Assembly: GCF_009914755.1 (NCBI RefSeq)
Contig: NC_060928.1
From: the human T2T-CHM13v2.0 reference genome, Homo sapiens
Strand: one strand, 5' to 3'
Length of the DNA stretch: 64,000 nucleotides
The translations under genes were made by a program, and so were the position numbers. Under the pieces are notes generated by a model that saw only the letters and a program-made list of their open reading frames with translations, searched no databases and was not told the origin of the DNA. Each line of letters begins with the position of its first letter. The first letter of the stretch is position 1. Of this stretch, positions 31,634 through 46,789 are shown piece by piece.

Positions 31634-32029
31634 TCATCAAGAAAATTCAACCATTTGACTGAAGTTCCAAAACATCCAGGCTCACACCTTAGGCATCCCA
31701 GAATGCTTATACAACTTATGGACTTAAACCTTACTCAGGGTAATATATAACTGCACAATATATGAATAATTAATATGTAATTGTGTAACAAATTGGAAAA
31801 TATTTACACAAAATAGTTAATCCAATGTCTGTCAGGAACTGATTCAAGCTCCCCTTTCAGCCAAGAATACTTTGGTCTTAAAATTTGATATCTGATGACA
31901 CTAATAAAAGTGGCACAGCTAAGTTTGACATAATAATCTCCTCAAATATTTGAATGAATTTATTTTTAAAAAGTAAAACTTCAATAGAACTCCCAATAGT
32001 TGTACAAAATAGTTTAAGTTAGATTGCTT

Positions 32030-32256
32030 TATTTTTTACTTTATTTTTTAAATTAATATAATAATTGTACATAATTATGGGGTGCATAGTGATGTTTTGA
32101 CACATATAATGCACAGTAATCAGATCAGGGTAATTAGCTATACATTAAATACCATATCAAACATTTATCATTTAGTTGTATTTGGAACATTCAGTATTCT
32201 CCTTCCAGCTATTTGAAATTATAATCTATTATCGTTAACTATAGTTACCCTATAGT
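32030..32256 (-). mobile_element. L1MA-type 3' end fragment
   Basis: 'ataattgtacataattatggggtgcatagtgatgttttga...cagatcagggtaattagc...gttaactatagttaccctatagt'. Confidence 0.75.
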
Positions 32257-35200
32257 AGACTGCTTTCTTGACTTAATAAAATAAAATGTTTGGATTGAAT
32301 CCCACATAAAATAATGTGCTTCTATCTGACTCTATCCTTGATTTCTGAAAAAGATGTCCATCCATGACTCAGGAAGACAAATCTGCATGCTTCATGTCTC
32401 TGTGAGTACTTTCAATAAAGGAAAAGTCACCTGTTTTAATGAGGTCACCTATTCTATGGATAGACAATTTGAAGTTGCAGGAAATTCTCAGGTTGCATTT
32501 AAACCTGCCTTTACCAGTCACTGATCATGGTTTTGCTATGCATTTCATATTTAATATTTAATGTCATTCTGCTTCTGAATGACAGCCTTTTAAATATTAA
32601 ATATGATACTCAAGCATACCTTCTTAGGCTTTGGCAAGATTTCATTTTTATTATCTATTCAGGGCATAATTTGTATTACATTAGAAGACAGTAACCAACA
32701 GATTTTATATGATATCATATGATCTTTTCTTGCTTATGTTATGGGGTTGAAAATACAGAAAAAGTAATCATTTCTTTACTTTTTTGTTTTTACTCAGAAT
32801 GGATGCTCAGGAGCTGGAGACACATCTTGGTATCTGCCTTACAATCTTTTTCAAGCAAATTATTTTTATCCCCTTTCGCCCTCTTTAATATGACATGGCT
32901 TCTTGATGCTTTAGCTCAGCCTGCTCAACCTATTCTGAATGCATGCCAGATTGGCAATGTCTCTGTTAAAATGTGGCCCAGAAGTAATATAATCATCTAG
33001 GTTGGTTTGAACAGTGCAGAGTATGGGGAGAATATATCATTTTCTGTGGTGTGGATACTATATATATCATATTGTAGCCTAACAATATGTTGATGTTTTT
33101 AGCAGCCTGCATTTAACTAAACTTGTACTTGTGAATGGTAAGGCCTTTGCTTTGAATTGCTATTTCTGGCTGACCAACATGGTTCCAGGGAACATATAAT
33201 CACAGACACTCTGGGGACAAGAAATGTAGATAGTGTAGGCAATACTGATATGAAGGTAGTTATCCTCTTCTTCCTGTGGAATACTAATTCCTGCATATAT
33301 TTCTGTAAACCCATTCCCTTTTACATTGCTTTATCATTTATGCCATTAGGATACATTTACATGATGCTAAAAACATGCAAAATAAAAAAATCAAGGCAAA
33401 CTATCATATCAATACTTTTGATCTTCAGTATGAAAAAGGTGAAGTATTTCCCATCTTTGCTAAGTGCTACCAGAGTTCTAGCTCCATGTAAAAGGTTTTT
33501 ACTATTTCAGAACACTGAATGTTCACAGCAGAAATGCATCCTCATATCTTCAGATGAATCTTTAAGGCTCTAAATTGTCTTTTTGAAGAGTAATTTCTCC
33601 TCTAAGTTCCCCCACTTTTTATTAACCTTAGGTTGGTGGTATAGCAGGAGGAAGGAAAGTAAATATTATAATTAACAGTGCCCTGGAGGAAACAGACAGG
33701 CTTTATATAATAATCCGCACAACAAATCTGAGAAGCAGGTGTGACTGCCCTTATGTTACAAAGGAATTGTGGTTGAGAAATGGAGAAACTTGCTCAAGAT
33801 CATGCAACCAGTAACTGACAGATCTCACTCATTATTTAAACTCAGCTTTTTCTGACACCAAATTCATTCCCTTTCTTTCATTCCCTGCTGTCTCTCATAA
33901 ATTATAAATGTTTGAATTCTAGTCCTAGCTGTTATAATAATTTAACTTTGAATATGGATTTCATAATTAAAGAGGTTTTAGCTTTTGCCAAAATACACGT
34001 TTGAGTGAAACAGGATGCAATTTACAAGCAAGGGTAAGTCTCATCCAATAGATAAAACAGAAGTTCTGTTTTGCAGTTGGTGAGATAAAAGTTCATTTGA
34101 CCTTGGCTCAATACAATTTACTTGAGTACCTACTGATAAAGCAAATATTGTTTTCAGATTTTATTTTCATTTATTTACTGAGTATCTGATATATGCCAGG
34201 CATTATGTGTGGCCCTTTACAAACATAATTACAAATCTTCACAATATTCCTCAAAAGTGGTTCTTATCATTTATATTTTGAAAATAAGCAAACAGAGAGG
34301 TTATCTGCCCACAGTCACACTTAGAAAGAGGTAAATCTCACTTTTGGCCTGAGTCTAAAGTCTCTGATCCTTCTAGTACATCATAATACACTCATCCTAA
34401 TAGTATAAATCATTCAGTGTCTATCAAGTTTTGGACACACATTCTTTCTCCTTCCATGTTTAATCTCTTTAAAGAAGAGCACTGGACTGGAAAGCCAGGA
34501 GGCCAGACTACAAGATGGAATCTGTCACTAATTATTCACCAGACTAAGGTACTTAATATCTTTAAGTCTCAGTTACCTAACTACGTGGGTTTATAGATAA
34601 TTTATAAAGTCTCTTCCAGATCTGAATGATGTTAACAAACTTCACTGTTAACAATGAAAGGCCTCATCACTAATGCAAAAAATAATATTCTCAGTAGTTC
34701 TATAGGTTATAAATAGAATTTATTTTTCTCTAGCTCAAAAAATCCTAAAATTAAAAATGAAACTACAACAATATGTATTCTTTTTTCTTCAGCAACACAT
34801 TTATGCAAAAATACTTTTTGAATAACCTTACATTAGTAAGTTACTCAAAATTCTGATATTTTTGTAAAATAAATATATAACACAGAAATACATGAGAAAA
34901 AAAAACTAAAACAGTCCAAAATATCTGCAGTCACGAAATTCACAGTTAACGTTTCATCTTCCACCTCCCACATCCTCCGCCCCTGCCACCTGCCTCCGAC
35001 TGTCATTGGGATTACAAAACCCAACTGGAGCCCTAACAGTGCGCTCTTCTCTGAAGTACTTGAAAGACGTTTATCTCCAGTACAATATAAATAATACAAA
35101 TAGTTGTACTTCAATAATCACTCAAGACCACCTCCTGAGACCTTGTCTGAGAAACAGAGAAAAAAAGAACAAAAGTCTACTACCAAGGAGCTCCTTTATT

Positions 35201-35866
35201 CTACTGGCAATTCCACATGACCTCTTGTCACTTAACAATTGTAACAGAGAGACTGTGACATACATGCAGGCCTGACATTATTAACCATCATTCAGAGCAC
35301 ACCAGACACCACAGAAATAAATGCTCTTCTGTTGTAGTTGCAGGTATGAAGAACAGCTGGAAGGAAATTTGGTATAATGAAAAGAATACTAATCCCACGA
35401 ATCTGGAAGACTGACTGCCAGTCCTTTTTCTGATGTCAAAATTACTGTCTTAAAGACAATCCACTCATTTTTATAGTACCTGTAGAACCCTGTGTTCAAA
35501 GACATGCTGTAAAAGATGTAAAATTAGTAATCAAGGGCCTGCTCCTACTTGGTGAATGGGGAAGGCGGACTGAACCTCGATTATTTCTAATAACACAACT
35601 GGTTCCCTGTACATAGTGAAGTCCAAAGAATAGAATCTCTATCTTAATCCACTGCTCTGTCTACCAAGCCATGTACTAAGTTGCCTGACCATATCCAAAT
35701 CTGTAAAACAGGGGGTCTTTCTTACTTTAATTTGAAATTTTGATGAGACAAAAAAAAAAACAACTAGTATTTCATAAGAACATGAAAACATTTCGCAACA
35801 TGCTCTCTACAATTTCCATCACCCAGGGAAACTAGAGACAAAGCAATGAATGACAAGAGTAGAAAG

Positions 35867-36019
35867 GCCTGTTGTGGGGTGGGGGGAGGGGGAGGGATAG
35901 CATTAGGTGATATACCTAATGCTAAATGACGAGTTAATGGGTGCAGCACAGCAACATGGCACATGTATACGCATGTAACAAACCTGCACGTTGTGCACAT
36001 GTACCCTAAAACTTAAAGT

Positions 36020-36050
<31 letters not shown>
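35867..36050 (+). mobile_element. Young L1PA 3' UTR fragment (heavily 5'-truncated) with (TAA)n tail
   Basis: Near-consensus 'gcctgttgtggggtggggggagggggagggatagcattagg...gtaccctaaaacttaaagtataat'. Confidence 0.93.
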
Positions 36051-37235
36051 GCTTCTAATTAAAGACCAGCTATCAAAATTATTGCTAACAAGTGGTATTA
36101 ACCAGTTTACCAAACCACACATGGACTAAGCACTTTTCAAGTGGGTGTCCAGAGGAATACAAAGTTCTTTTTCTGAAAAACCTGTAACTGTAATGATTCC
36201 AACATACTTCAGGCATTCTTCACACCACTAGTCCTGATTTTAAGACAGGGGAGAAGAGGTCAAAAGAATGAAAAATGACTTGAATTTTATTCCTGTTCTC
36301 ACCCTTTTGCTACTGTCTTTCATCTCCTTATCTCTAACTGACCATCCTCTTCCACCTTCAGAAGATGGGAAAGAGGGAGAGAAAAGAAACAAAGATGAGA
36401 AGAAACCGAATGGGGGCATTCCAGAATCATAATCCATCCAGAAATAGCAAAAGCACAAATAAATTGCATAATAGACCCAGGATGTTTTTTCCTTCCAATT
36501 CTTCCACCCGCAGATGCCCTAGCAGAAAAACTAGCATCAGTGTGTTCTTTTGGCAAAGTCCTACCATCACGAAAGGAGGCATAATGCCTTGGTGGATAGA
36601 ATTCCTGAAGCAGGACCCATGCAACTCATAATGTTCTATGGCAGCATTTGAAGATTATGCTGGTATGCTGCATGCAGGGGTTTTTTTAAATTCTGGGAGC
36701 CATGCTACTTAGTTTTCAAAAATCTGTATTTTCTCATAAAGATTACTTTTTGGGGGTATAATTTTCATTTAAGATTGTGTGAATATGTATATATGCATAT
36801 TCACATATATGCATACTTTTCCGTAGTATATATTATAGCATTCATGAACACAGTCTCTACAATTCCTTCCATTTTAAAATCTGACTTCTAACTTCCACCT
36901 CCTTTTTTTCCCCTTCAATGTCCTAGTTCTTGCTGGATGAATTCTGTCTTCAAAAGATTATTTTAATATTATTAATAACTTAAAGGGAAATGTACTAATT
37001 CATGATGGTGACAGTATTTGGTGAGCAAGGACTGTATTCATAACTTTTACTCTTTAGATCATAAGCTTAAGTGAAAGTTATGTGTTCAAGTCACTTATGA
37101 AGATAGACTTCAAGCCTTAAATTTTTAGGTAATTTGACCATGATATTCTTCAGTATGGGAAAGTTAATGTTTATATTGTTTCATCCAGTACCTAATATAG
37201 GGTCTTTCACAGGCAAATTTTCAGTAAATGACTAA

Positions 37236-37430
<195 letters not shown>

Positions 37431-37808
37431 TGAAATATTTTGTTATTAGTGGATACAAATAGTAGGTATATATGACTTACTTGAAGCTATGAGAATTATT
37501 TTGTGTGTATCAAGGACACAGATATATGTTACTATATATAATCACTTTATGTCCATTCTAGCCCTTGCCCCACTCCTCTTACTCACTAGGTGGAAATGGA
37601 AATACATTCTCAACCTCTATATACTTTATATAACTTGTACATGCATCCTTCATAGTACCTACAACACCTTTTCAAACTTTGTTACAAGTCTCCTAAATAA
37701 AATACTCATATTATCTTACCTACATGAAGGGCAGAGATGGCAATAGATATTTCTGTGAAACAATATGAGGTAATCTTATGACTATGTGCATGTGTGCATG
37801 TGTGTGTA

Positions 37809-38259
37809 CTGTTGAGCACTGAACAATGCAGTTTTGAACTGCATGGGTCCACTTATATGCAGATTTTCTTCTGCTTTTGCCACCCTTGAGACAGCAAGAC
37901 CAACCCCTCTTCCTCTTCCTTCTCCTCAGCCTGCTCAACATGAAGAAGACGAGGATGAAAACTTTTATGATAATCCACATCCACTTAATGAATAGTAAAT
38001 ATATTTTCTCTTGCTTATAATTTCCTTCAGGACATTTTTTTCTCTAGGTTTTGTGTATTATATACTATAAGAATACAGAATATAACACACATAACATACA
38101 AAATATGTGTTAATTGACTGTTTATGTTATCAGGAAGGCTCTGAGCAACAGTAGGCTATTAGTAGTTAAGTTTTTGATGAATCAAAAGTTATATGTGGAT
38201 TTCTGATTGCAGTGGGGGTTGGCACCCCTAACTTCTGTGTTGCTCCGGGGTCAATTCTG
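37809..38259. mobile_element. Tigger2a (MER28) non-autonomous DNA transposon, full length
   Basis: Degenerate TIRs ctgttgagc...ggggtcaattctg flanked by TA; internal 'gggtccacttata...gagacagcaagaccaacccctc...ccacttaatgaatagtaaatat'. Confidence 0.85.
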
Positions 38260-40569
38260 TATGTGTTTCCATTCTTGATATAGGGTTAGCAAATTCTTAA
38301 CTAGGTTATTATTCATATATAGAATTTTGGGTAAAGTAAGTGGGAAGAAGACAATAGAAGGAATGAGGGAGGCACAGATCCCTTTTTTTTATAGTGTTAT
38401 GTACTATATCTGGCATATGGTTGATGCTTAATTGTGTTGTTTGAAGAAAAAACCTAAGGAATGAAAATAGAAAATGGGAGAAGAGGGAAAAAGAGAGGAA
38501 AGAAACACAAAACATATAACTAATCAGGATACTAAAAACATAACTAACAAAATATAAACAGAAATCTGAGGGAAACATAAAGCAATTCAGGTAAAAGGCA
38601 ATGTGTCACCTCAAAGGCTAAACTGTTTTAAAATTGTAAGAGCATGTAAATTAAAGAACAGTGGAAAGGATACTAGTTCTGTCACATGGCAACTGCATGA
38701 ACTTGGGCAAATATTTCTCCTTATTTAGTCTTTACCTTCCAAACTTATAAAATAGGAATAATATCTGCCCTCTCACTTTTAAAGTATAAAGATGAAATAA
38801 TCCAATTGCTGAGAATGGGCCAGGGAAAAAAATAATACATATGATTAATATGCATAATAATCAGATGAAATATTTTGTCCCTGAGAAATGTATTATAAGT
38901 CTGTTTCAAATTCCTCAAGGCAGGCATGGCTATCTATTTTAAATAGTTTGCCATTTTATAATTCCCACCTAATGTGTTATACCTACATACTAGGATCCAG
39001 GGAATTTGGGGCTGATAATTGATCTTTGTATGTAGCTCAAGTCCAGTTAAACATTGTGAATCATTTCTAACATTACAATTTTGCATAGAGTATTTGAATT
39101 TCTTCTAGCAAATTTTTTTTTGTTAATAAGGAAGAAACATTGGCAATTATCAGTTCCTTAACAGTTTCAGCTAGTGAATTCATTTATGTTCTAATCTGTA
39201 TTATAATAATGCTAAAGTGAGGCTTACACAAATCTAGACTAAAAACAGAGAGAGAGAGTCTTAGCTGAAGCTTTAAGCTGTTGGAGATGGCACGGGCATA
39301 GCAAACACTGTGCCTTCACCTTGCTCTCATTCAGTGCAGCTCCAAAAGCCTAATAAGGGTAACTGTACTCTGGTGGGAGGTATTTTGAAACTGGTGTTAT
39401 CACTACACATTCGTAGAAGACCCTTTTCAACTTCAAGCTTGGACTTTGTATCAGGCCTTGAGCTATAGCTTGCAATGATTCTAGGTTATCTCCAAGATAT
39501 CCTTGGCACTGAGTTAGTTTTAAGTTCCTACACTTCATATCAACATTGTTTTCCATGGAAATAATGTTATGACAGACTTTTTGACACTGTAAGAGTAAAG
39601 TCTAAGAGTCTCTTGCAGGTCTAGAATTCCTAGATAATGAATAGCAAGTGACAACCCATTAATTCAAGTTTTTAACATTCCTCAGATTGTTACTGTTTTT
39701 CTCTTGTTGAATGCTTTATAGAGAATGAGATTTCTAAAGAAGTAGGTTTTAGTTCAACTGAAGAATCAACTATCAGGGCTATCAGACAACGGAATTCAAT
39801 ACTTTAAGATGGATTTTTTGATTGACCCTTTTCAGCTGGTGGCAGAAGAGCACTTGGCAATGAATCTGTATGGAGGATTCAGCATTGACTCCTCCTTTGT
39901 TCCCTGGTAAGGTCTCCCCTAACTCTGACATCTGAAATCCTGTAATTCTATAGGCAAAGCTTTGTGAAAAGCAAGAATTACCTCACACACTGTGTCTTAA
40001 CTTTGTTGAGGTTTCACAACTACTTAACTAAATTTACAATTAGAGAGTAGTGATTTTTAAGAAATCAAGAAGGTCATCTGTTGGCACAAAGATACAGAGA
40101 TTATGTGTAGATTCATTCAATTAAAATATATAGTACAAGGAATCTTTCAATATTAAATTTTAATGGGATAGTTTATATTCTACCATCCCTTCCATTAATT
40201 AAATGTTTAAATGTGAGCAAGTGACTACTGGATTAAAACTAACCTATTTACAAAGTGGCCTCCAGCAATGACACTTTCACAGTGGAGCTGAATAAACAAA
40301 AGCAAAAGTGCTTTAGGGAATACATTTTAAAGGGAGAAATGAATTATTTATTTTAGAAAAATGTACAAGGTATTCTAACTTCATTCTTTTAATAATGCAT
40401 GTATTTGGATGCATAACACTCAGGTAATTTTAAAGTGATAACAAATGACTCTTCATTTCAAAAGCTTTCTTTTCTTATTGAAGAATGGTTAGAGTCACCT
40501 AAACATAATGGAACCATGAGGTGAAGGGTGGATTAGTGGATCGTTCACAAACATTTCACACAACAAAGC

Positions 40570-40835
40570 TAAGGCAGAAGAGTACAGACAGAGGTTAATA
40601 TATGGGCATGTGGGCTCTGCAGTCAGTCAGCTGAGTTTCAATCTCAGTGCTTTCTGGTATCAGCTTGTGTCAACCTTGGGAAAAATATGCAGTTCCTTTG
40701 TGCCCTAGATTTTCATCAATAATATCAAGATTATACAGTAATTCATAGGGTTGTTGAAAGACTAAATGCATTTATACACATAAACTCTGAGCAGTGTCCG
40801 GCACATAATAAGTGCTCAAAAATGTTAGTTATTAT
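40570..40835 (+). mobile_element. MIR
   Basis: 'aaccttgggaaaa...tcatagggttgttgaaagactaaatg...cagtgtccggcacataataagtgctcaaaaatgttag'. Confidence 0.7.
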
Positions 40836-40948
40836 TATATGCTATTTATAGGAACAAAGTGAACAGCATAAGTATAGTATGCTATCACAACTGAAGGGAA
40901 ATATTTATATTTGCTAAATATATAACCAACTGAAGATTTTAAAAAATA

Positions 40949-41182
<234 letters not shown>

Positions 41183-41349
41183 TCACTCAAGGTGACAATG
41201 ATAATGACAATGGTAAATGAAATTAATATTACAGTTGGATTAATTACACATATTGAATCTTGGATATAAAATGCAATGAGAGGAGACATTCTGTTGAAAC
41301 CTCTCTGCAGTGAATTTTAATCATTCATCTCAGAGGGTGATTTTTCTAA

Positions 41350-41786
<437 letters not shown>

Positions 41787-43048
41787 TAAGAGGTTTTGTT
41801 TGTAATTTCTACTTTATTCCTTCATATAAATTATTGTATTTCATAACATTTCTCAGTGAACTCTCTTAGGCTTAATAATCATTAAGAATAAATTATCTTC
41901 TAGTGTGTATGATTCTATCATACCCATATGGCTTTAAGAATCTTTATCAAATAAATGAAGGAATGAATTAGGGGTTGGGGGGATGTCTTATTGTTTTACT
42001 TTAGTCAAAAAACAAAAATAAAAAAGTAAAACAACCTTGGCCTACAATTACTAGAAAGTACCAAATATACTGCCCTGACTGTATGTTTACGTTTTTTATA
42101 CTGCAGTAAGTGATCTGGGGCAAACAAGTGCTCAGGACCCATTAAGAGGATCTTCAGGTTTGAGATGATGGCAGGGAAAAAGCATATGCTGGGAAAACTG
42201 TTGTTACGGGGCAAAGTCTCTGGATTAATTTTATCCAACTTTTAAAGCAACCAGTGATCATATTTAACCTGTGGTTGTAAGGATACAAAAAAAGTGCTTT
42301 AAAAGTCAATACTAAAAGTTATGTCCATGCTTAAGACAAGCCTCAGGCTCGTAGAAATGGATCTTTGCTGTAAAATATGGTTCAACTTTGTAGGGGAGTG
42401 AGCTCTTTGATGTGCTGTGGTGGAGACAGATATGCTACTTGGAGACGCCTGGGTATAGATTCCACTTTCCTTTCGGAGACCCCTCATCTCCCTCTCAGAA
42501 AGATCTGAGCTAGCTGATTCTGAATTTGGCTTGTGAACCACAGGGGTAGCAGATATCTATAAGTTTGTGAAAAATATTCCTGAATGATAAAACAACCTCC
42601 TAGTGGAAAAAAATTGTGGTATAGTATGGAATGAGCTTCTGAGGTCTGGCCATACCACACTATGTAGACAGTGTCACTGAGGGTTCCCGCCAGAAGTCAG
42701 GAGACCAAGTCAAGCTGGCATCGGATATGTTACATCTGCTCCTTTCTGTTCACATCATGACTGCCAACAAAATTCTTATGTTGGTTCATTACAGCAGCAA
42801 TTCCATTCTCTCTTACAATGGTATCTTCCTGCCAAGCCAGAAATTCTCTTTTTATTTATAAATGGTATCTTCTTGAAGCCTATGACTCCTTTTTGATTGG
42901 AAAATATATGAGGATATGGAAAACATCAAGAGTAAAATGCTTTTTATCAGCAATTATATCAAGTTGCTAATTTATGAGTCCAAAACATCATATTTTTCCC
43001 TATCAAAAAGGATAGACTTTTGCATCTCAGAATTTTAGCAAATGATGC

Positions 43049-43404
43049 TGTAGTAGTCTGTTCTCACGCTGCTAATAAAGACATACCTGAGACTGGGTAA
43101 TTTTTAAAGGAAAGATGTTTAATGGACTCACAGCTCCACATGGCTAGGGAGGCCTCACAATCATGGTGGAAGTCAAAGGAGAAGCAAAGGCATGTCTTAT
43201 ATGGTGACAGGCAAGAGAGCTTGCGCAGGGGAACTCCCATTTATAAAACCATCAGATCTTGTGAGACTTACTCACTACTATGAGAACAGTATGGGGGAAA
43301 CCACTTCCATGATTCAATTATCTCCACCTGGCCCTGCCCTTGACAGGTGGGGATTATTACAATTCAAGGTGAAATCTGGGTGGGGACACAGCAAAACCAC
43401 ATCA
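43049..43404 (-). mobile_element. THE1 (THE1B-like) MaLR solo LTR
   Basis: 356 bp with TG...CA termini, perfect 5-bp TSD gatgc (43044-43048 / 43405-43409) and canonical THE1 body. Confidence 0.92.
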
Positions 43405-45499
43405 GATGCTTTCCATGTGCATCTTATAAAAGCAATTTTCTACCTCTCTCTTCCTTAACTACTTTAATATTGAATTGGTTTGTTTCTTGGTTATCATTTA
43501 AATGTTTGGTCTTGATTACTAAATTAGTTTCGTTGCCATTAGACTTTCCTCTCAAATCCAAAATAATTTTCATTTAACAAATTTCCTTAATTTTACTGTC
43601 AGTAGTGTGTACTGGAACTAAGTTACATACCCCTGGTATATATGTTTATATTTCTCTACATATGTATCTAACTACTCATCTAATCACCCGTCCATCCAAC
43701 AACTCATCTGAACTACAAAGAACTTGTACCACATGGAAACCTACTGTCGTTTACTTTAGATTCTTTTGAAGCACAGGTGTACCTCTACAGAGAAAATGAA
43801 TTCAAGTGTTTACATCAAGGTATAAAATACATTTTCCCAGAGGTTCATTGCAATTTTTGGCCAAACTGAGTTGTTTAAGCCAATGTTCACATCTGCCACT
43901 CTATTTCTCAATCCAGAGAGATTTTACTCTCACTGATTGCTTAAATGTCACTTCCCCAATTAGTCCCCATAGACTAATTTTCACTCTCATATCACACCAC
44001 TCTTTTCTTTGTTGCTTTTTCCAAATACATATAAATAATCATTGGTGGAATTATTTATTTAATGTCTATCATACTACCAGATTATTAAGCACACTAGGTT
44101 AAAGACCATGTCTGTCTTGTTTCATTTATATCCCCAACACCTAGCATGGAGCTTGGTATATAGTAAGTTCTCAATAAAGGTTTATTGTATTGGTGAGTGG
44201 GTATAGTTAAAATCACTTTTACAGGGGGCAAATAATTTTTTTAAAAATTGAAGCTATGTGTCATTACTGTAATTTTCACCTGATTGGTGTATTTGAGTAA
44301 TTAGGAAATAGGTTTTCCTTTAGGTCTACAGATTCACAGGAGAAAATTCAACAATCCAGATGTGCAAAGTGCTCTGCAAATGTTTAACTCCAATTTAGAA
44401 AGGGTATCAGCACTGGTTATAGGAGTGATTTAAAGTGAGATAAAGATCTGTGGGTCAATATTGATAGGATACTTCTGGTCACAGTCTTGCTGTTAATTCT
44501 CCAAAAAAAAAAAAAAATGCTTAAATCAATGCATGTATTGACTGCCTACCACGTACAAGGCATGCAACTTGGCTTTACAATGTGTACCAAAAAGCCTCAT
44601 GTGTCAAACTAATTATAACCTCATTGGGAAATAACAGGAATGCATGCAAAAGCTAACAAGAAAAACGTAAACAATAAATACAAGAGAAAATGATTAGCAT
44701 TGCAGACATTCAGAGAAGGACCACCAACAGAAGTCTTTATGGAAACGCAGACTGGAGTGGGTCTAGTCCACTTAGGCAGAAGAATGAGACAAATATTTTG
44801 GATAGAAATAAGTATGCAGGTGAAAAAGTGGAGAAACAGAAAGCCAAAGTTGCTCAGGGCAATGAGGTTTACTCCAAGATAAGCAGAGAGACAGGTGATA
44901 ATGGTAGTTTCAGGCATATAGTGAAATTATAAATAAGAAACTGAGGAATAAGGGAATTTTCCTGCGAGCTTCTGTGAAGCTTTGCACTAACATGTGACAA
45001 AATAATAACAACATAAAATATTCAATAATGATAATGTCTTAATACTGCACAGCATTTTGTTTCAAAGCGATTTCATGCAGTATTCACAAACGAACATTTT
45101 TTCTCATCTCATAGCAATGCCACTGCATGTCCAATAAATTTACATGAGTTAGTTGCTTAATGGCAGAGCTGAGATTCAAACCTACATCTTTTGCTATGGC
45201 ATCTTGCAGAGCTGTCAGAGTGAAGACACAGAGGCAGGGAGACAGGCAGGAAGACAGTGCAGACTGGAAAGGATGAGACTGAATGAATTAATGTGGGCTA
45301 TACCAAGAGATGGAACATTTAGTCCTCATAACTTTCTGAATGCTATTTGTTAATTACAGATAAGTATGAACTACTAATAAGAAATACTGGGCATTTAAAT
45401 ATGAATCTGATCACAACTATTATTGGTTTTAAGATGGCAAGAATAAACCTATTTTTCTCACTGTTTCATTTTGCCAGATAGTATTACTGCTGTCTTAAG

Positions 45500-45756
45500 C
45501 TGCAGGAGCTTTAAGAATCAAATCATACTGTAACTAACAGGTTATAATTCCAAAGTACTTTATTATCATTTGCTTCTAACAATCAAATGGTTAACTCACA
45601 GATTCTCCACAGCTATTTTCCAATGATTGGGTTTTGAAGGTGCTTGCAATCCAATTTTATTACACTGCTTTTAAAAATTCTAGTTAACATCAATCTTATT
45701 CAAACACAGTAATTTTCACTTTAGCAGTGAATAATTGACTCCCACTCCCACATACT
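45500..45756. repeat. Dispersed direct repeat, copy 1 (257 bp)
   Basis: Hand alignment to 46790-47047: about 33 substitutions and 1 indel (~87% identity). Confidence 0.93.
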
Positions 45757-46789
45757 GTATACACTGTTAGTATAATAGCTTTAAAGTGCTTCAGAAATTT
45801 TACATAAAAGTCTTTTGAAATTTTGTTTAAACTAAAGAATACATCTTTCTCTTCCCTATCAGTTTATCTTTTTCTCTCCGGAGAATATTTTCTTTTATGA
45901 AGGGGTTCCCAAAATGAAACAGTTCTACTCCCTTTCCTGAGAGATTCTGATCTACCCCAAAGGCAAGAACACAGTGAAAGAACTACAAAATCTCAAAGTC
46001 AGTGATGCACTGGTATCTGTTTTTTTTTTTTTTTTTAAGTTCCAAACTTGTTAAATCAGAACTATACAAAAAGAAGAAATAGACACCTTATTTGAGAAAT
46101 AGCTACTGGTCTCAGGCAAAACTGCATTACCTAGCATTATGAAGAATTGAAAGAGTCTAGGTTTGTTTTTGTGGAGTAAAATCCCAATTTTTATTCCGTT
46201 TTTACTGTTTTGGTTTTCTTTTTTAGAAACTGTTGGGAAACTTCTAAGCAGAGTACATGCTATTTAGTAATCAGTCTTTGGCAAGAAAATGACTTTTAGG
46301 GACATTTCCTTCCCTCAGTTTAATAGTAAAAAATCTTAATGCCATAGAACAATACACTCATGTTTATAAAAAATATATAAAAGCATACTTTATGTACTTT
46401 TGGTAAATTATAGGATCATGGTGAGACTGGGATATACAATATGACTTACTAAATTCCTGCATTCCCTGCAGGTATCTCAGGGTCCTTCTCTCGTGCAAGA
46501 TTGAGAATCCTCATCCAGTCAAAGAGATTAGCTTTTATGAGTTTTATACAATAAATGTTTACTGCTTTAAAAATATTCATTGGCCCTGATACTATTTATT
46601 TCTCTTTCTAATCAAACATTCACTATTCTTTAACATCCAGATCATATTTTATCTTAAGGCCTTCTCTGACCATTCTAGAAAATTATCCCTTACCAAATGT
46701 ATTTCGTGTTTGACTCTCTTTGTTTACACTTAATCATCTTGGGTCTTATATTTTTAGTTAAATTACCCAAATGTCTTACTTTGTCAACT

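Noticed and set aside
33157-33573. 138-aa plus-strand ORF
   Set aside because: Non-ATG start, composition typical of AT-rich intron, no homology recognised.
35877-35896. G-quadruplex motif ggggtggggggagggggaggg
   Set aside because: It is the standard G-rich tract of the L1 3' UTR, present in very many copies.
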